From positions 256,484 through 320,483 of the forward strand of contig CAYLPP010000001.1 in the NCBI GenBank assembly GCA_964385615.1: a stretch of 64,000 nt of DNA. The letters run 5' to 3'. The notes beneath the pieces were generated by a model, which was not told where the DNA came from, searched no databases, and saw only the letters and a list, made by a program, of their open reading frames with translations. Below are positions 39,003-48,043 of this stretch, in pieces (the stretch's first letter is position 1; every line of letters starts with the position of its first letter). Source of the DNA: an uncultured bacterium (lineage in GTDB: Bacteria > Omnitrophota > Omnitrophia > Omnitrophales > Aquincolibacteriaceae). Made by a program: the position numbers and the translations under genes.

Positions 39003-40030
39003 GTCTTCAATCCCTCGTCTTCCCCAAATCCGGCCCGGATATTCATATTCTGGACCGCCTGCCCGGAGGCTCCCTTGAGCAGATTATCAATGGCTGAAAT
39101 CACGATCAGCCGGTCGCTGCCGCTTTCGGCGAAAAATCCAATATCACAATAGTTGGTACGCTGAACATCTTTAAGAGCCGGATACGCGCCGTCTTCCTTT
39201 AAACGGATAAACGGCTCACTGCCGTACCATTTTTCAAACGCTTCCCGGACCTTTTCTCCCGTCACGCCCTTTTTACGCTTCAAATAAACCGTGGTCAGGA
39301 TTCCCCGGTCGAGCGGAAGCAGGTGCGGGACAAAGGTAACGTGAATTTTTTTATCTGAGACATCCGACAACGCCTGTTCAATTTCCGGCGTGTGCTGATG
39401 CCTGCCCACTTTATAGGCGTAAAAATTTCCATCCAGCTCCGCGAACTGCGTTGCTGAAGTAAGCTTTTTCCCCGCGCCGCTGACTCCGGATTTGGAATCA
39501 ATCGCGATCGAGTCAAACTCCGCCAGTTTCTCGTGAAGCAGCGGAGCAATGGCCAAAATCGCGCTGGTCGGATAACACCCGGGATTAGCGATTAAATCCG
39601 CCTGCTTGATTTCCTCACGAAACCATTCAGGCAGTCCATAAACCGCTTCTTTCAGTAAAAGTTTATTGGTATGTTTTTTGTCATACCATTTTTCGTAAAC
39701 CGCCGCTTCTCTCAGCCGGAAATCAGCGGAAAGATCAATCACAATTTTTCCGGCCTTGCGAAACTCACCGGCCGTTTCCATGGCTTCCGTGTGAGGCAGA
39801 CACAAAAAAACCAGATCCGCCTTCTTTTTAACATCTGAGAAAGAATAAGTTTCAATTCTCAGATTTACATCCGGAGGAAGATTCGGAATCAGCTTCGAAA
39901 CCGGAATAAATTCCTTTTGCCGGGTTGTTAACGCGGCAATCCGGACATGAGGATGCCTCAGCAGAATTTTGATGAGCTCAATCCCGGTGTAACCGGTCGC
40001 ACCTACAACGGCAACGTTTATCATGGTCAA
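38996..40030 (-). CDS. argC: N-acetyl-gamma-glutamyl-phosphate reductase
   Basis: 344 aa; N-terminal VAVVGATGYTG and active-site Cys region (PGCYPT). Confidence 0.9.
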   Translation of the reverse strand: MTMINVAVVGATGYTGIELIKILLRHPHVRIAALTTRQKEFIPVSKLIPNLPPDVNLRIETYSFSDVKKKADLVFLCLPHTEAMETAGEFRKAGKIVIDLSADFRLREAAVYEKWYDKKHTNKLLLKEAVYGLPEWFREEIKQADLIANPGCYPTSAILAIAPLLHEKLAEFDSIAIDSKSGVSGAGKKLTSATQFAELDGNFYAYKVGRHQHTPEIEQALSDVSDKKIHVTFVPHLLPLDRGILTTVYLKRKKGVTGEKVREAFEKWYGSEPFIRLKEDGAYPALKDVQRTNYCDIGFFAESGSDRLIVISAIDNLLKGASGQAVQNMNIRAGFGEDEGLKTW

Positions 40031-40082
40031 AGGGCGTTTATTATAAGAAACACCCTCTCAATACGCAAGAAAAGATGCGGAA

Positions 40083-40886
40083 TTGCCGTTAATTACCCCT
40101 ATGAAAAGGCCTTTTGGACGTAAAAAACCGGTAAAACGCCTTAAAACCGCCGGGAAATCCGCCGCGGGTCCCGGCAAACTCTTTGGTATCCGCTTCCGCC
40201 GGAAAGCGTTGCTTCAGGCCGCGCTTTACCACCCCTCCTACCGGAATGAAACCAGCCTCGGCCGAAATTTTGAAAATTTTGACCGGATGGAATTTTTCGG
40301 CGATGCTATTTTAAATTTTGTCGTCTGCAAAAAACTTTATTCGGTTTTCCCTGAAGCTGACGAAGGCATGCTGTCAAAACTCCGCTCCATTCTGGTTTCA
40401 CGCAAAATTCTTTCCAGAATCGCCAAAGAACTGAAACTTCCCAAACATATGCGCCTGGGGAAAAGTCTTCAGAAACAGCAGCTTTACATGAAATCAAAAT
40501 TATTCGCGGATGTTTTTGAAGCTTTGATTGCCGCGCTCTATTTTGATCAAGGGTTCCCAAAAACGAGCGAATTCATTCTTAAACATTTCAAATCCTACTT
40601 TGACGCAAAAAAACTTTTCAGATTAGACCCGAATCCTAAAAGCACGCTTCAGGAACTCGTTCAAAAACACTGGCAGAAACTTCCGCAATATGACAGCAAG
40701 CTGGAAGAAGACAGGGTTGAAACCACAGTATCAATTACTCGCGGACGAAAAGCGACCGCCACCGCGAGGACGCGCCGGGAATCTGAGGAAAAAGCGGCAA
40801 GAGTTCTTTTAAAACAACTGCGTCAGGAATTGCTGGGGCGCTTAAGCAAAAAATCTTCGGGCAGGAAACTGTTAAAAACTTTGTAG
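40083..40886 (+). CDS. rnc: ribonuclease III
   Basis: RNase III signature ERMEFFGDAILNFVV and a C-terminal dsRBD; there is a basic N-terminal extension. The 3' end overlaps the AsmA-family gene by 64 nt in convergent orientation. Confidence 0.85.
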   Translation: MPLITPMKRPFGRKKPVKRLKTAGKSAAGPGKLFGIRFRRKALLQAALYHPSYRNETSLGRNFENFDRMEFFGDAILNFVVCKKLYSVFPEADEGMLSKLRSILVSRKILSRIAKELKLPKHMRLGKSLQKQQLYMKSKLFADVFEALIAALYFDQGFPKTSEFILKHFKSYFDAKKLFRLDPNPKSTLQELVQKHWQKLPQYDSKLEEDRVETTVSITRGRKATATARTRRESEEKAARVLLKQLRQELLGRLSKKSSGRKLLKTL

Positions 40887-43327
40887 GATTTTTTCTTCTG
40901 AAGGTCTTCCTGAAAATCCGCGATCCGCTTAGGATCCGCTTTAAGCTGCAAATTCTCGAAATCTCCCGCGAGCAGGAAAGAAATCGGCCCTAACTGCTTT
41001 TTTTCCGGGCCGGCCGGAACCTGGATTTTCAATTCGTTCAGTACCGTTTCTGATAAAACCTGAGACAAAAATGCGTCCAGCCGGTAATTAAAGGCCCCGT
41101 CGGAGAGCGAGATATTGCCGTCAGCTTTGGCGCTGACATCCGCCCCGATCAAGTCCACCTTCTCCGTATAGACCTTTCCATCCTCAACTTTAAATGAAGA
41201 CCTAAGATCGTCGAAACGCGTCTGCCCCGACGCGTAAGACGTCAGAGGCTTGAGTTCCGGGATCGCGCCGATTCCGCCGATCAAATCCACTTGAGAAAAG
41301 GCTCCCGCCGTCACGGAAAAAATGCCTTCCCCCGCAAGGTCTTTCTGCCACCCTTCATCCGAAGCCGTCCCCTGGCCTTCAAAAGTCATAAATAAATTAC
41401 CGTCGAGTAAAGGCCTTTCCCTTCCTTTTTGAAAACCGAGACGCCCCAGTGCAAGATGATCCAGCTGCCCGTTTAAATGATAAACGCTGGAACTCTTTTG
41501 GTAATCCATTTTAAGTTTCAAATCTCCGTCTAAGACCTGGCCTTGCAAATCCTTCACGGTCCAGACATCCGATTGATAATTCAGGTCAAGCACCAGATTT
41601 TTAATATCCTCGTCTCCCAGGAAAAAAGAAACCGATTGGCTGACATAGTCGAGTCTTTTGGAAAGCTCTCCGCCCTTGAAAAACTTCTCGGAAATTTTTC
41701 GATACAGCCCGACTAGATCAGGAAAATAAACCGACGGGGAATTAAGCTTTAGCTGAATTTCCGGATCTTTCAGAGGATGAAACGCGGTCATAGACCCCGC
41801 CACAAGGGAACGCCCGGTTTCAAAGCTGAATTTCCGGACCTCAAACGAAACCGGAGCAAAATCGAGACTGAGGGAAATATTCTTGAGACCCCACGAATCC
41901 GGAAAAACCAAACTCGCATTATCCAGAGTAAAATTCACCATGGTTTTAATCTGGTCGGCCTGTGGCTGGCGAAGAAGATTACCCTGATAATTGGCCAGCA
42001 ATTTAATCTCTCCCCCAAGCAAAGCATTTTCAAACGGAAGGAGCATTTTTTCCCAACCCGCCAGGTTAAATTTATTGCTGATAATATTCACCTCAGCATC
42101 CCCTGTCCTTAAATTGAGCCGGGGCAAAGCGCCTTTAAAAACAGCTTCTTTAAAAATTAATGAGAAATTACCGGAAAGAGATTCGCGGTTCTCCAGCTGA
42201 AAGTCAAAAACAAGATTCGCCGGAATTTGTTTAGGCTTTGAAAAATACCGGGCATAGCTGAGAAGCATTCCCGTCATGTCCCAATCCGTGTGGAGAGAAA
42301 GCTTTTCAAGAATACCTTCAATGGAAATTTCAGCCCGGCTAGGCCCGGAAAATCCAAAATTAAACGGAATCGCGCCGGCCAACGGCGGATAATAAAGCGA
42401 AACACCGTCGAGGCTGAAGTCGATCAGACTCAGATGCATTCCTTTAAAAGTCCGGCTTCGTGAAAAAAAACTTCCGTAAAGCTCCGCCTGACCAAAAGGC
42501 AGCTGAAGTGTGTTTCTGCGGAAAACCCATTCTCCGGTCGTAAAATTCCATAAAAAATTAATCAGCATATCCGCCTGGACGGGAGGCGACTGAAATCCGC
42601 TTGAAGAATTTTTTGAATGATAAACGAAATCGCGTGCCTGCGATTTACCTTCAAACGTAAGATACGTTTCGCCTGATTTTTTATAAAACTTCAGCGTGCC
42701 TCCTGCTGTTCCCGATTCAATATCCCAAGGGCGGTTTTCGCCAAAATACTCCTCAAATGGTTTCAGATTTAAATCTTTAATCTGAAGATTGCCGTTAACC
42801 ATCATATTCTGCAGATTCAATCCGCCGGACCGGGCGATGCGGAAGTTTCCTTTAGAAACCAAAGACCTGGAAGACCCTTCAATATCTCCGCGAACTTCAA
42901 ACCGCATATTCTGGGAATATCCAATATTTTTCAACCCTGCTGAAAAATTCCGAATTTCCAGCGGTTTCGCAAAGGCCTCGGAAAATTTGATTTTAAAATT
43001 TCCGTTTTCCGCCTTAAGGAAAGACGGAACCGCTTTCCCTTTCCAAAAAAACGGGAAAGTCAAACCTACGCTGATTTTCGGCGCGCTAAGCTTTAAGTGT
43101 CTTGAAGGAAGTTCGAATTCCGCGTTTTTCAGGACCAGCGCTAAAGAAGGGAAAGCCTGAAGCTCAGCGCTTTCAAACTGAAGATCTCCGCCGGTTTGGA
43201 CGGCAAATTCTCTTAAGGAAGATTCAAGCAGAGGTTTTTTGAGGAGTTTCGGCGTCACAGTCTGAAAAGCCAGCCACATACAGACCAGAACGAACCCAAC
43301 GATCGCGAGAATTTTTTTATCTAACAT
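40823..43327 (-). CDS. AsmA-family outer-membrane biogenesis protein
   Basis: 834 aa; an N-terminal signal-anchor TM then long beta-rich repetitive sequence typical of the AsmA/TamB-like family. Confidence 0.7.
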   Translation of the reverse strand: MLDKKILAIVGFVLVCMWLAFQTVTPKLLKKPLLESSLREFAVQTGGDLQFESAELQAFPSLALVLKNAEFELPSRHLKLSAPKISVGLTFPFFWKGKAVPSFLKAENGNFKIKFSEAFAKPLEIRNFSAGLKNIGYSQNMRFEVRGDIEGSSRSLVSKGNFRIARSGGLNLQNMMVNGNLQIKDLNLKPFEEYFGENRPWDIESGTAGGTLKFYKKSGETYLTFEGKSQARDFVYHSKNSSSGFQSPPVQADMLINFLWNFTTGEWVFRRNTLQLPFGQAELYGSFFSRSRTFKGMHLSLIDFSLDGVSLYYPPLAGAIPFNFGFSGPSRAEISIEGILEKLSLHTDWDMTGMLLSYARYFSKPKQIPANLVFDFQLENRESLSGNFSLIFKEAVFKGALPRLNLRTGDAEVNIISNKFNLAGWEKMLLPFENALLGGEIKLLANYQGNLLRQPQADQIKTMVNFTLDNASLVFPDSWGLKNISLSLDFAPVSFEVRKFSFETGRSLVAGSMTAFHPLKDPEIQLKLNSPSVYFPDLVGLYRKISEKFFKGGELSKRLDYVSQSVSFFLGDEDIKNLVLDLNYQSDVWTVKDLQGQVLDGDLKLKMDYQKSSSVYHLNGQLDHLALGRLGFQKGRERPLLDGNLFMTFEGQGTASDEGWQKDLAGEGIFSVTAGAFSQVDLIGGIGAIPELKPLTSYASGQTRFDDLRSSFKVEDGKVYTEKVDLIGADVSAKADGNISLSDGAFNYRLDAFLSQVLSETVLNELKIQVPAGPEKKQLGPISFLLAGDFENLQLKADPKRIADFQEDLQKKKSYKVFNSFLPEDFLLKRPSNS

Positions 43328-43417
43328 AAAAAAAGGCGCTACCTGACCGTCCGGCTAAACCTTTAAAAAGATCAGCCTGGCACATCAGGTAACGCCTCCG
43401 TGAATATTTGCGGGTTT

Positions 43418-43546
43418 TTAATAACCGTTACTGCTGTAACCCGAACCGCTGACAGGGCTATAGCCGTAATCGTCAAAAAAACCCTGGCAGGACGAAAGTG
43501 TTAAACAAGAAAAAAGCAGAAATAGAACCGCTAAAAGTTTTTTCAT
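43418..43546 (-). CDS. possible 42-aa lipoprotein (unannotated small ORF)
   Basis: Manual translation: MKKLLAVLFLLFSCLTLSSCQGFFDDYGYSPVSGSGYSSNGY, a signal peptide plus lipobox followed by a Gly/Tyr/Ser tail. It is below the ORF-track length cutoff and lies in the rpsI-asmA intergenic region. Confidence 0.3.
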   Translation of the reverse strand: MKKLLAVLFLLFSCLTLSSCQGFFDDYGYSPVSGSGYSSNGY

Positions 43547-43577
43547 GGCCTGCTTGAAATGAAAAACTAAGGGAAAA

Positions 43578-43973
43578 TTAACGCTTGGTGTACTGGAAGC
43601 GTTTGCGGGCGCCTTTGCGTCCGAACTTCTTACGTTCCTTCTTACGGGGATCGCGCGTCATTAAACCCGAGGCACGCATGGAAGTGCGGAGCTTTTCATC
43701 ATAAGCCACAAGCGCGCGCGCAACGCCAAGACGGATCGCTCCGGCCTGACCAGCCATTCCGCCGCCGTGCACTTCAGCGCGGACGCGGAAGTTATCGGAA
43801 GCATTCGCCGCTTTCAGGGGCTGCTCAACAATCATCTCAAGGTTAGGACGCTGAAGGTAGGCGTGAGTGTCCTGACCGTTAACCGTAAAACCCTTTTGTC
43901 CGGGAAAAATCCAGACGCGGGCGATAGCATTTTTTCTTCTTCCAGTTGCGTAAAAGGAGGTATCTTGAGCCAT
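43578..43973 (-). CDS. rpsI: 30S ribosomal protein S9
   Basis: 131 aa; YATGRRKNAIARV and a C-terminal basic tail ending in R. Confidence 0.95.
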   Translation of the reverse strand: MAQDTSFYATGRRKNAIARVWIFPGQKGFTVNGQDTHAYLQRPNLEMIVEQPLKAANASDNFRVRAEVHGGGMAGQAGAIRLGVARALVAYDEKLRTSMRASGLMTRDPRKKERKKFGRKGARKRFQYTKR

Positions 43974-43975
43974 TT

Positions 43976-44404
43976 TTAAACTTCCAGTGCGACAGGTTTT
44001 TGGGCTTGATGATTATGCTCAGCGCCGGCGTAAACACGAAGGCGGCGCAGCATTTCACGGCCGAGTTTATTTTTGGGAAGCATGCGGGAAACCGCGCGCT
44101 CGATAATTTCTTCAGGCTTTTTGGCCATCAACTCTTCAAAAGAATAGGTCTTGAGGCCGCCCGGATAACCGCTGTAGTGCTTGTAGATTTTCTGTTCTTT
44201 CTTTTTGCCGGTCACGTGAACTTCAGTGGCATTGATCACAATGACCTGATCGCCGGAAAGCTGATCCGGAGCAAAAACGGCTTTTCTCTTGCCGATCAAA
44301 ACGGTGGCAACTTTGCTTGCAAGGCGGCCGAGCGTTTTGCCGGACGCATTGACGAGATAAGTTTTTCTATCAAAATCTTTTTCAGTGGGTAAAAACGTTT
44401 TCAT
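43976..44404 (-). CDS. rplM: 50S ribosomal protein L13
   Basis: 142 aa, uL13-like sequence. It is immediately upstream of rpsI in the conserved rplM-rpsI order. Confidence 0.95.
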   Translation of the reverse strand: MKTFLPTEKDFDRKTYLVNASGKTLGRLASKVATVLIGKRKAVFAPDQLSGDQVIVINATEVHVTGKKKEQKIYKHYSGYPGGLKTYSFEELMAKKPEEIIERAVSRMLPKNKLGREMLRRLRVYAGAEHNHQAQKPVALEV

Positions 44405-44488
44405 TAGATTTAGCTCCTGGGAAAAATGAGCACGAAGTATAACAATTTACCCCATGCGTGTCAAACCATTTATTTAAGTCGTTTATAA

Positions 44489-45268
44489 TCAATAAGTTAC
44501 GTCAACCAGATACAGGCCTTGAGCCGGGGCTCCCTGCCCCACGGAACGGCGGTCCCTGGCCTTCAAAATTCCGGGCAATTCATTAAAGTCCAGCCGTCCC
44601 CGGCCTATTTCCACCAAAGCTCCGGTCAAATTCCTGACCATCCGGTAGAGAAATCCGTCCGCCGTCACGCGAATCCGGACCACATCCCCTTCCCTTTTAA
44701 CCTCAAACTTTTTAATCGTCCGCACCGCGTTGTTCCCGCGCCGGTCCGGGTCTGTGGTACAAAAAGACCGGAAATCATGCTTCCCGGTCAAAATTTTCGC
44801 AGCCTTGCGCATTTTGGAAAGATTCAGGCGGTCGCGTACGTGCCAGGCCCGCTGAGCGTAAAAAGGCGACCGTGCCTCGTGATTCCAAATCAGATATTCA
44901 TACGTTTTTTCTTTGGTATGAAACCGCGAATGGAATTCATCCGGTACATCCAGCGCTTCCCGCACCGCGACGGAGGGCGGTAAAATCGCGTTCAAGGCTT
45001 TGCGGATTTCCCACGGCGTCAGCAGACTTTGTGTTTTGAAATGCACCACTTGAGAAGAAGCGTGAACTCCCGCGTCCGTGCGCCCGCTCGCGGCACCGAT
45101 CTTCACCGCGGATCCGGTCAATTTTTGAAGAGCCTCTTCGAGAGCGGCCTGCACCGTCGGGCGCGAAGGCTGTCTTTGGAATCCATGAAAGCCGGTGCCG
45201 TCGTACTGAAGCACCAGTTTTATATTTCTATTTTTTAGAGGCCCAGATTTCGGCGATTTGGACGGCAT
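44489..45268 (-). CDS. truA: tRNA pseudouridine(38-40) synthase
   Basis: 259 aa; LVLQYDGTGFHGFQRQ N-terminal motif and catalytic Asp region of TruA. Confidence 0.9.
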   Translation of the reverse strand: MPSKSPKSGPLKNRNIKLVLQYDGTGFHGFQRQPSRPTVQAALEEALQKLTGSAVKIGAASGRTDAGVHASSQVVHFKTQSLLTPWEIRKALNAILPPSVAVREALDVPDEFHSRFHTKEKTYEYLIWNHEARSPFYAQRAWHVRDRLNLSKMRKAAKILTGKHDFRSFCTTDPDRRGNNAVRTIKKFEVKREGDVVRIRVTADGFLYRMVRNLTGALVEIGRGRLDFNELPGILKARDRRSVGQGAPAQGLYLVDVTY

Positions 45269-46241
45269 TGAGAGCGGCCCCCTTCCAGAGCTGATCTCCC
45301 GCGACCATCAGGGCGAGGCCGTTTTCAGAAGACAGATCTTTGCGGATTCTGCCGACCAGCACATTTTCCCGGCCGCTGGCTTCAATGGGCATGGGGAAAT
45401 GATTCGCTTTCGAATCATCCTGAATATCGACTCCCGGGGCCTGCCTGAGGATTTCTTTCGCCTGCTCAGGCGTCATGGGCTTTTCGAATTCAAGATAAAG
45501 AACTTCTGTGTGAGCGCGCAAAACGGGGACCCGGATGCACGTCGTGACAATTCTCACCGAATCATCATGCAGAATTTTATGCGCTTCCTGAATCATCTTG
45601 AGTTCTTCCCCGTTGTAACCGCCGTCTTCAACCGCGGCGTTATGAGAAAACAAATTAAACGCGATCTGATGCGGAAAAACCTTCTTGGTCGCGGGCTTCC
45701 CTTCCAGAACTTCCCGAGTCTGGTTTTTTAATTCTTCCATCGCGACCGCTCCCGCGCCGCTAACCGCCTGATACGTGGAAACCAAAATCCGGCGAACCCG
45801 GTTCTTGCGGTGAAGCGGAGCTACCGCCATCAGCATAATAATCGCGGAACAATTCGGGTTAGCGATAATGCCTTTGTTTTTAAAAATATCATCCCCGTTA
45901 ATTTCAGGCACCACGAGCGGAACATCCGGGTTCATACGGAAAGCACTCGTGTTATCAATAATCAAAGCGCCGTCCTTGATCGCGTGCGGTACGAACTGTT
46001 TACTGACCGAAGCGCCCGGGCTGGATAAGACGACGTCGATTCCTTTAAATTCTCCGGGCTGGGACTTCAATTCCAGAATCGGGTACTCCGCGCCGTTGAA
46101 ACGGACCTTCTGGCCGGCGGACCGGGCGGAGCCGAACGGGCGGAATTCCCCCACCGGAAATTTGCGCTTTTCAAGTAATGTGATAATTTCGTGACCGACC
46201 GCGCCTTTGGCGCCGACAACCGCAATATTAAATGTCTTCAT
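45228..46241 (-). CDS. asd: aspartate-semialdehyde dehydrogenase
   Basis: 337 aa; N-terminal VGAKGAVG NAD(P)-binding motif and active-site Cys (NPNCS). Confidence 0.95.
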   Translation of the reverse strand: MKTFNIAVVGAKGAVGHEIITLLEKRKFPVGEFRPFGSARSAGQKVRFNGAEYPILELKSQPGEFKGIDVVLSSPGASVSKQFVPHAIKDGALIIDNTSAFRMNPDVPLVVPEINGDDIFKNKGIIANPNCSAIIMLMAVAPLHRKNRVRRILVSTYQAVSGAGAVAMEELKNQTREVLEGKPATKKVFPHQIAFNLFSHNAAVEDGGYNGEELKMIQEAHKILHDDSVRIVTTCIRVPVLRAHTEVLYLEFEKPMTPEQAKEILRQAPGVDIQDDSKANHFPMPIEASGRENVLVGRIRKDLSSENGLALMVAGDQLWKGAALNAVQIAEIWASKK

Positions 46242-46284
46242 CTCTTTAAAATTTCCTTTTCACCCCTCAGTAATCAGGCTGGTC

Positions 46285-46396
46285 CTGCGGCACCGTCGGT
46301 CCGGCATTTCTCATGCCGTCCGTCTACACCCTCGGCGTTTGGTACCGCCCCAAACGCCTGCGGGAGTTGCCTCCGAACCACCTGCTTGCTTCGGTC
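46285..46396. repeat. copy 1 of a ~112-nt conserved structured element (leuB-asd intergenic)
   Basis: About 85% identical to 63324-63434. The shared core GGCACCGTCGGTCCG…CGTCCGTCTACAC…GGCGTTTGG-TNCCGCC-CCAAAC…GAGTTGCC…TGCTTGCTTC has compensatory substitutions in two hairpins. Confidence 0.6.
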
Positions 46397-46398
46397 TT

Positions 46399-47469
46399 TT
46401 ATTTAATGCGGTCAATAACAAGCTGTCCCATTTGAACACAGCCGACTTTGGTATTGCCTTCCGAATAAATATCTGCGGTGCGGTAACCTTCAGCCAGCAC
46501 CTGCTCCACAGCCTTTTCGATCGACTGCGCGAGTTCGTACAAGTTGAAGGAATGTTCCATCATCATCGCGACGGAAATAATCGCCGCCAGCGGATTGGCC
46601 AGATCTTTACCCGCGATATCCGGCGCGGAACCATGCACCGGTTCATAGAGAGCGTGATTCATGCCGATTGAAGCCGACGGCAGCATCCCGATAGAACCCG
46701 CGACCATAGCGCCTTCGTCACTCAAAATATCGCCGAACAGGTTCGTGGTAACCATAACATCAAATTGACCGGGATTTTTAATCAACTGCATCGCGCAATC
46801 ATCCACATAACGGTGATCAAGCTGAATATCCGGAAACCGTTTATGAACTTCGGTCACGACTTTGCGCCACAGCTGACTGGACTCCAGCACATTAGCTTTG
46901 TCCACGGAAGTCACCTTCCGCCGGCGCTTGCGCGCGAATTCAAAAGCTTTGACCGCGATACGTTCAATCTGCGGTGTGGTGTAGTATTCCGTGTTGATAC
47001 CTTCTTCAGAACCATCCGCGAGCTTCTTAACACCTCTTGGCTGACCGAAATAAATCCCGCTGACCAGCTCGCGAAAAATAATCATATCCACGCCTTTGAC
47101 CACTTCCGGTTTCAGCGGAGAATTCGCGACAAGCTGAGGGAACATTTTCACAGGCCGCAGGTTCGCGAACACATCCAAACCTTTACGCAAAGCGAGCAGC
47201 GCCTTTTCGGGCCGTTTCGCGGTTTCAACATGGTCCCACTTGGGGCCGCCGACCGCGCCCAGAAAAACAGCGTCGGCATTTTTGGCTTTTTCCAGATTCT
47301 CAGGCGTAATCGGCTCACCGAACTTATCAATAGAAGCCCCGCCGATAATCCCTTCCTCGATCTCAAAAACCAGATGGAACTTTTTGCCCAGATGCTGAAT
47401 CAGCTTTACCGCCTGCTGAGTGACTTCCACACCGATCCCGTCACCGGGGAATGCCGTAATCTTGTACAT
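46399..47469 (-). CDS. leuB: 3-isopropylmalate dehydrogenase
   Basis: 356 aa; typical isocitrate/isopropylmalate dehydrogenase motifs (NLFGDILSD). Confidence 0.95.
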   Translation of the reverse strand: MYKITAFPGDGIGVEVTQQAVKLIQHLGKKFHLVFEIEEGIIGGASIDKFGEPITPENLEKAKNADAVFLGAVGGPKWDHVETAKRPEKALLALRKGLDVFANLRPVKMFPQLVANSPLKPEVVKGVDMIIFRELVSGIYFGQPRGVKKLADGSEEGINTEYYTTPQIERIAVKAFEFARKRRRKVTSVDKANVLESSQLWRKVVTEVHKRFPDIQLDHRYVDDCAMQLIKNPGQFDVMVTTNLFGDILSDEGAMVAGSIGMLPSASIGMNHALYEPVHGSAPDIAGKDLANPLAAIISVAMMMEHSFNLYELAQSIEKAVEQVLAEGYRTADIYSEGNTKVGCVQMGQLVIDRIK

Positions 47470-47480
47470 AATCTTCTTCC

Positions 47481-48041
47481 TTATTTCATCATTCCCGAAG
47501 CTTTGGCGTATTTAAAAACGTCGCCGGCTTCGATGATCGGGAGAACATCGCCGATCGGTTTCAAATTGTAGGTTTTTCCGGTCGTTAAATTTTTCAGGCT
47601 GTGATTTTTAACATCCAGCTCGACTTCCTCGCCCGTTTTCAAAATCGTCGAAAGGCGCTCATCGGTTTCAAACGGAATCAAATAACCGCCGTTGACCGAA
47701 TTACGGAAGAAGATGCGCGAATAAAATTCCGCGACTACGGCCGTACAGCCCGCTTCACGCATACAAAACGAGGCATGCTCACGGGAGGAACCGCAGCCGA
47801 AGTTCTTACCGCCGATCACGATTTTATAGTCAGACACAAAACTGTCTGATGAGACAAACGGAATTTTCCCGTAAGGAAGGCCCTGACCGTTTTCCGGAAC
47901 GCCCGAAAGCGCGTAACGCGCGTACATCTTGCGCTCTTCAGGAAGACTCAGGCTGTAGCTGAGATACTGAGCCGGAATAATCTGGTCCGTATCCACATCG
48001 TCACCCACCACATAGCATTTTCCGCGAATGATATTTTCCAT
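47481..48041 (-). CDS. leuD: 3-isopropylmalate dehydratase small subunit
   Basis: 186 aa aconitase swivel domain; adjacent to leuC. Confidence 0.9.
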   Translation of the reverse strand: MENIIRGKCYVVGDDVDTDQIIPAQYLSYSLSLPEERKMYARYALSGVPENGQGLPYGKIPFVSSDSFVSDYKIVIGGKNFGCGSSREHASFCMREAGCTAVVAEFYSRIFFRNSVNGGYLIPFETDERLSTILKTGEEVELDVKNHSLKNLTTGKTYNLKPIGDVLPIIEAGDVFKYAKASGMMK

Positions 48042-48043
48042 GA

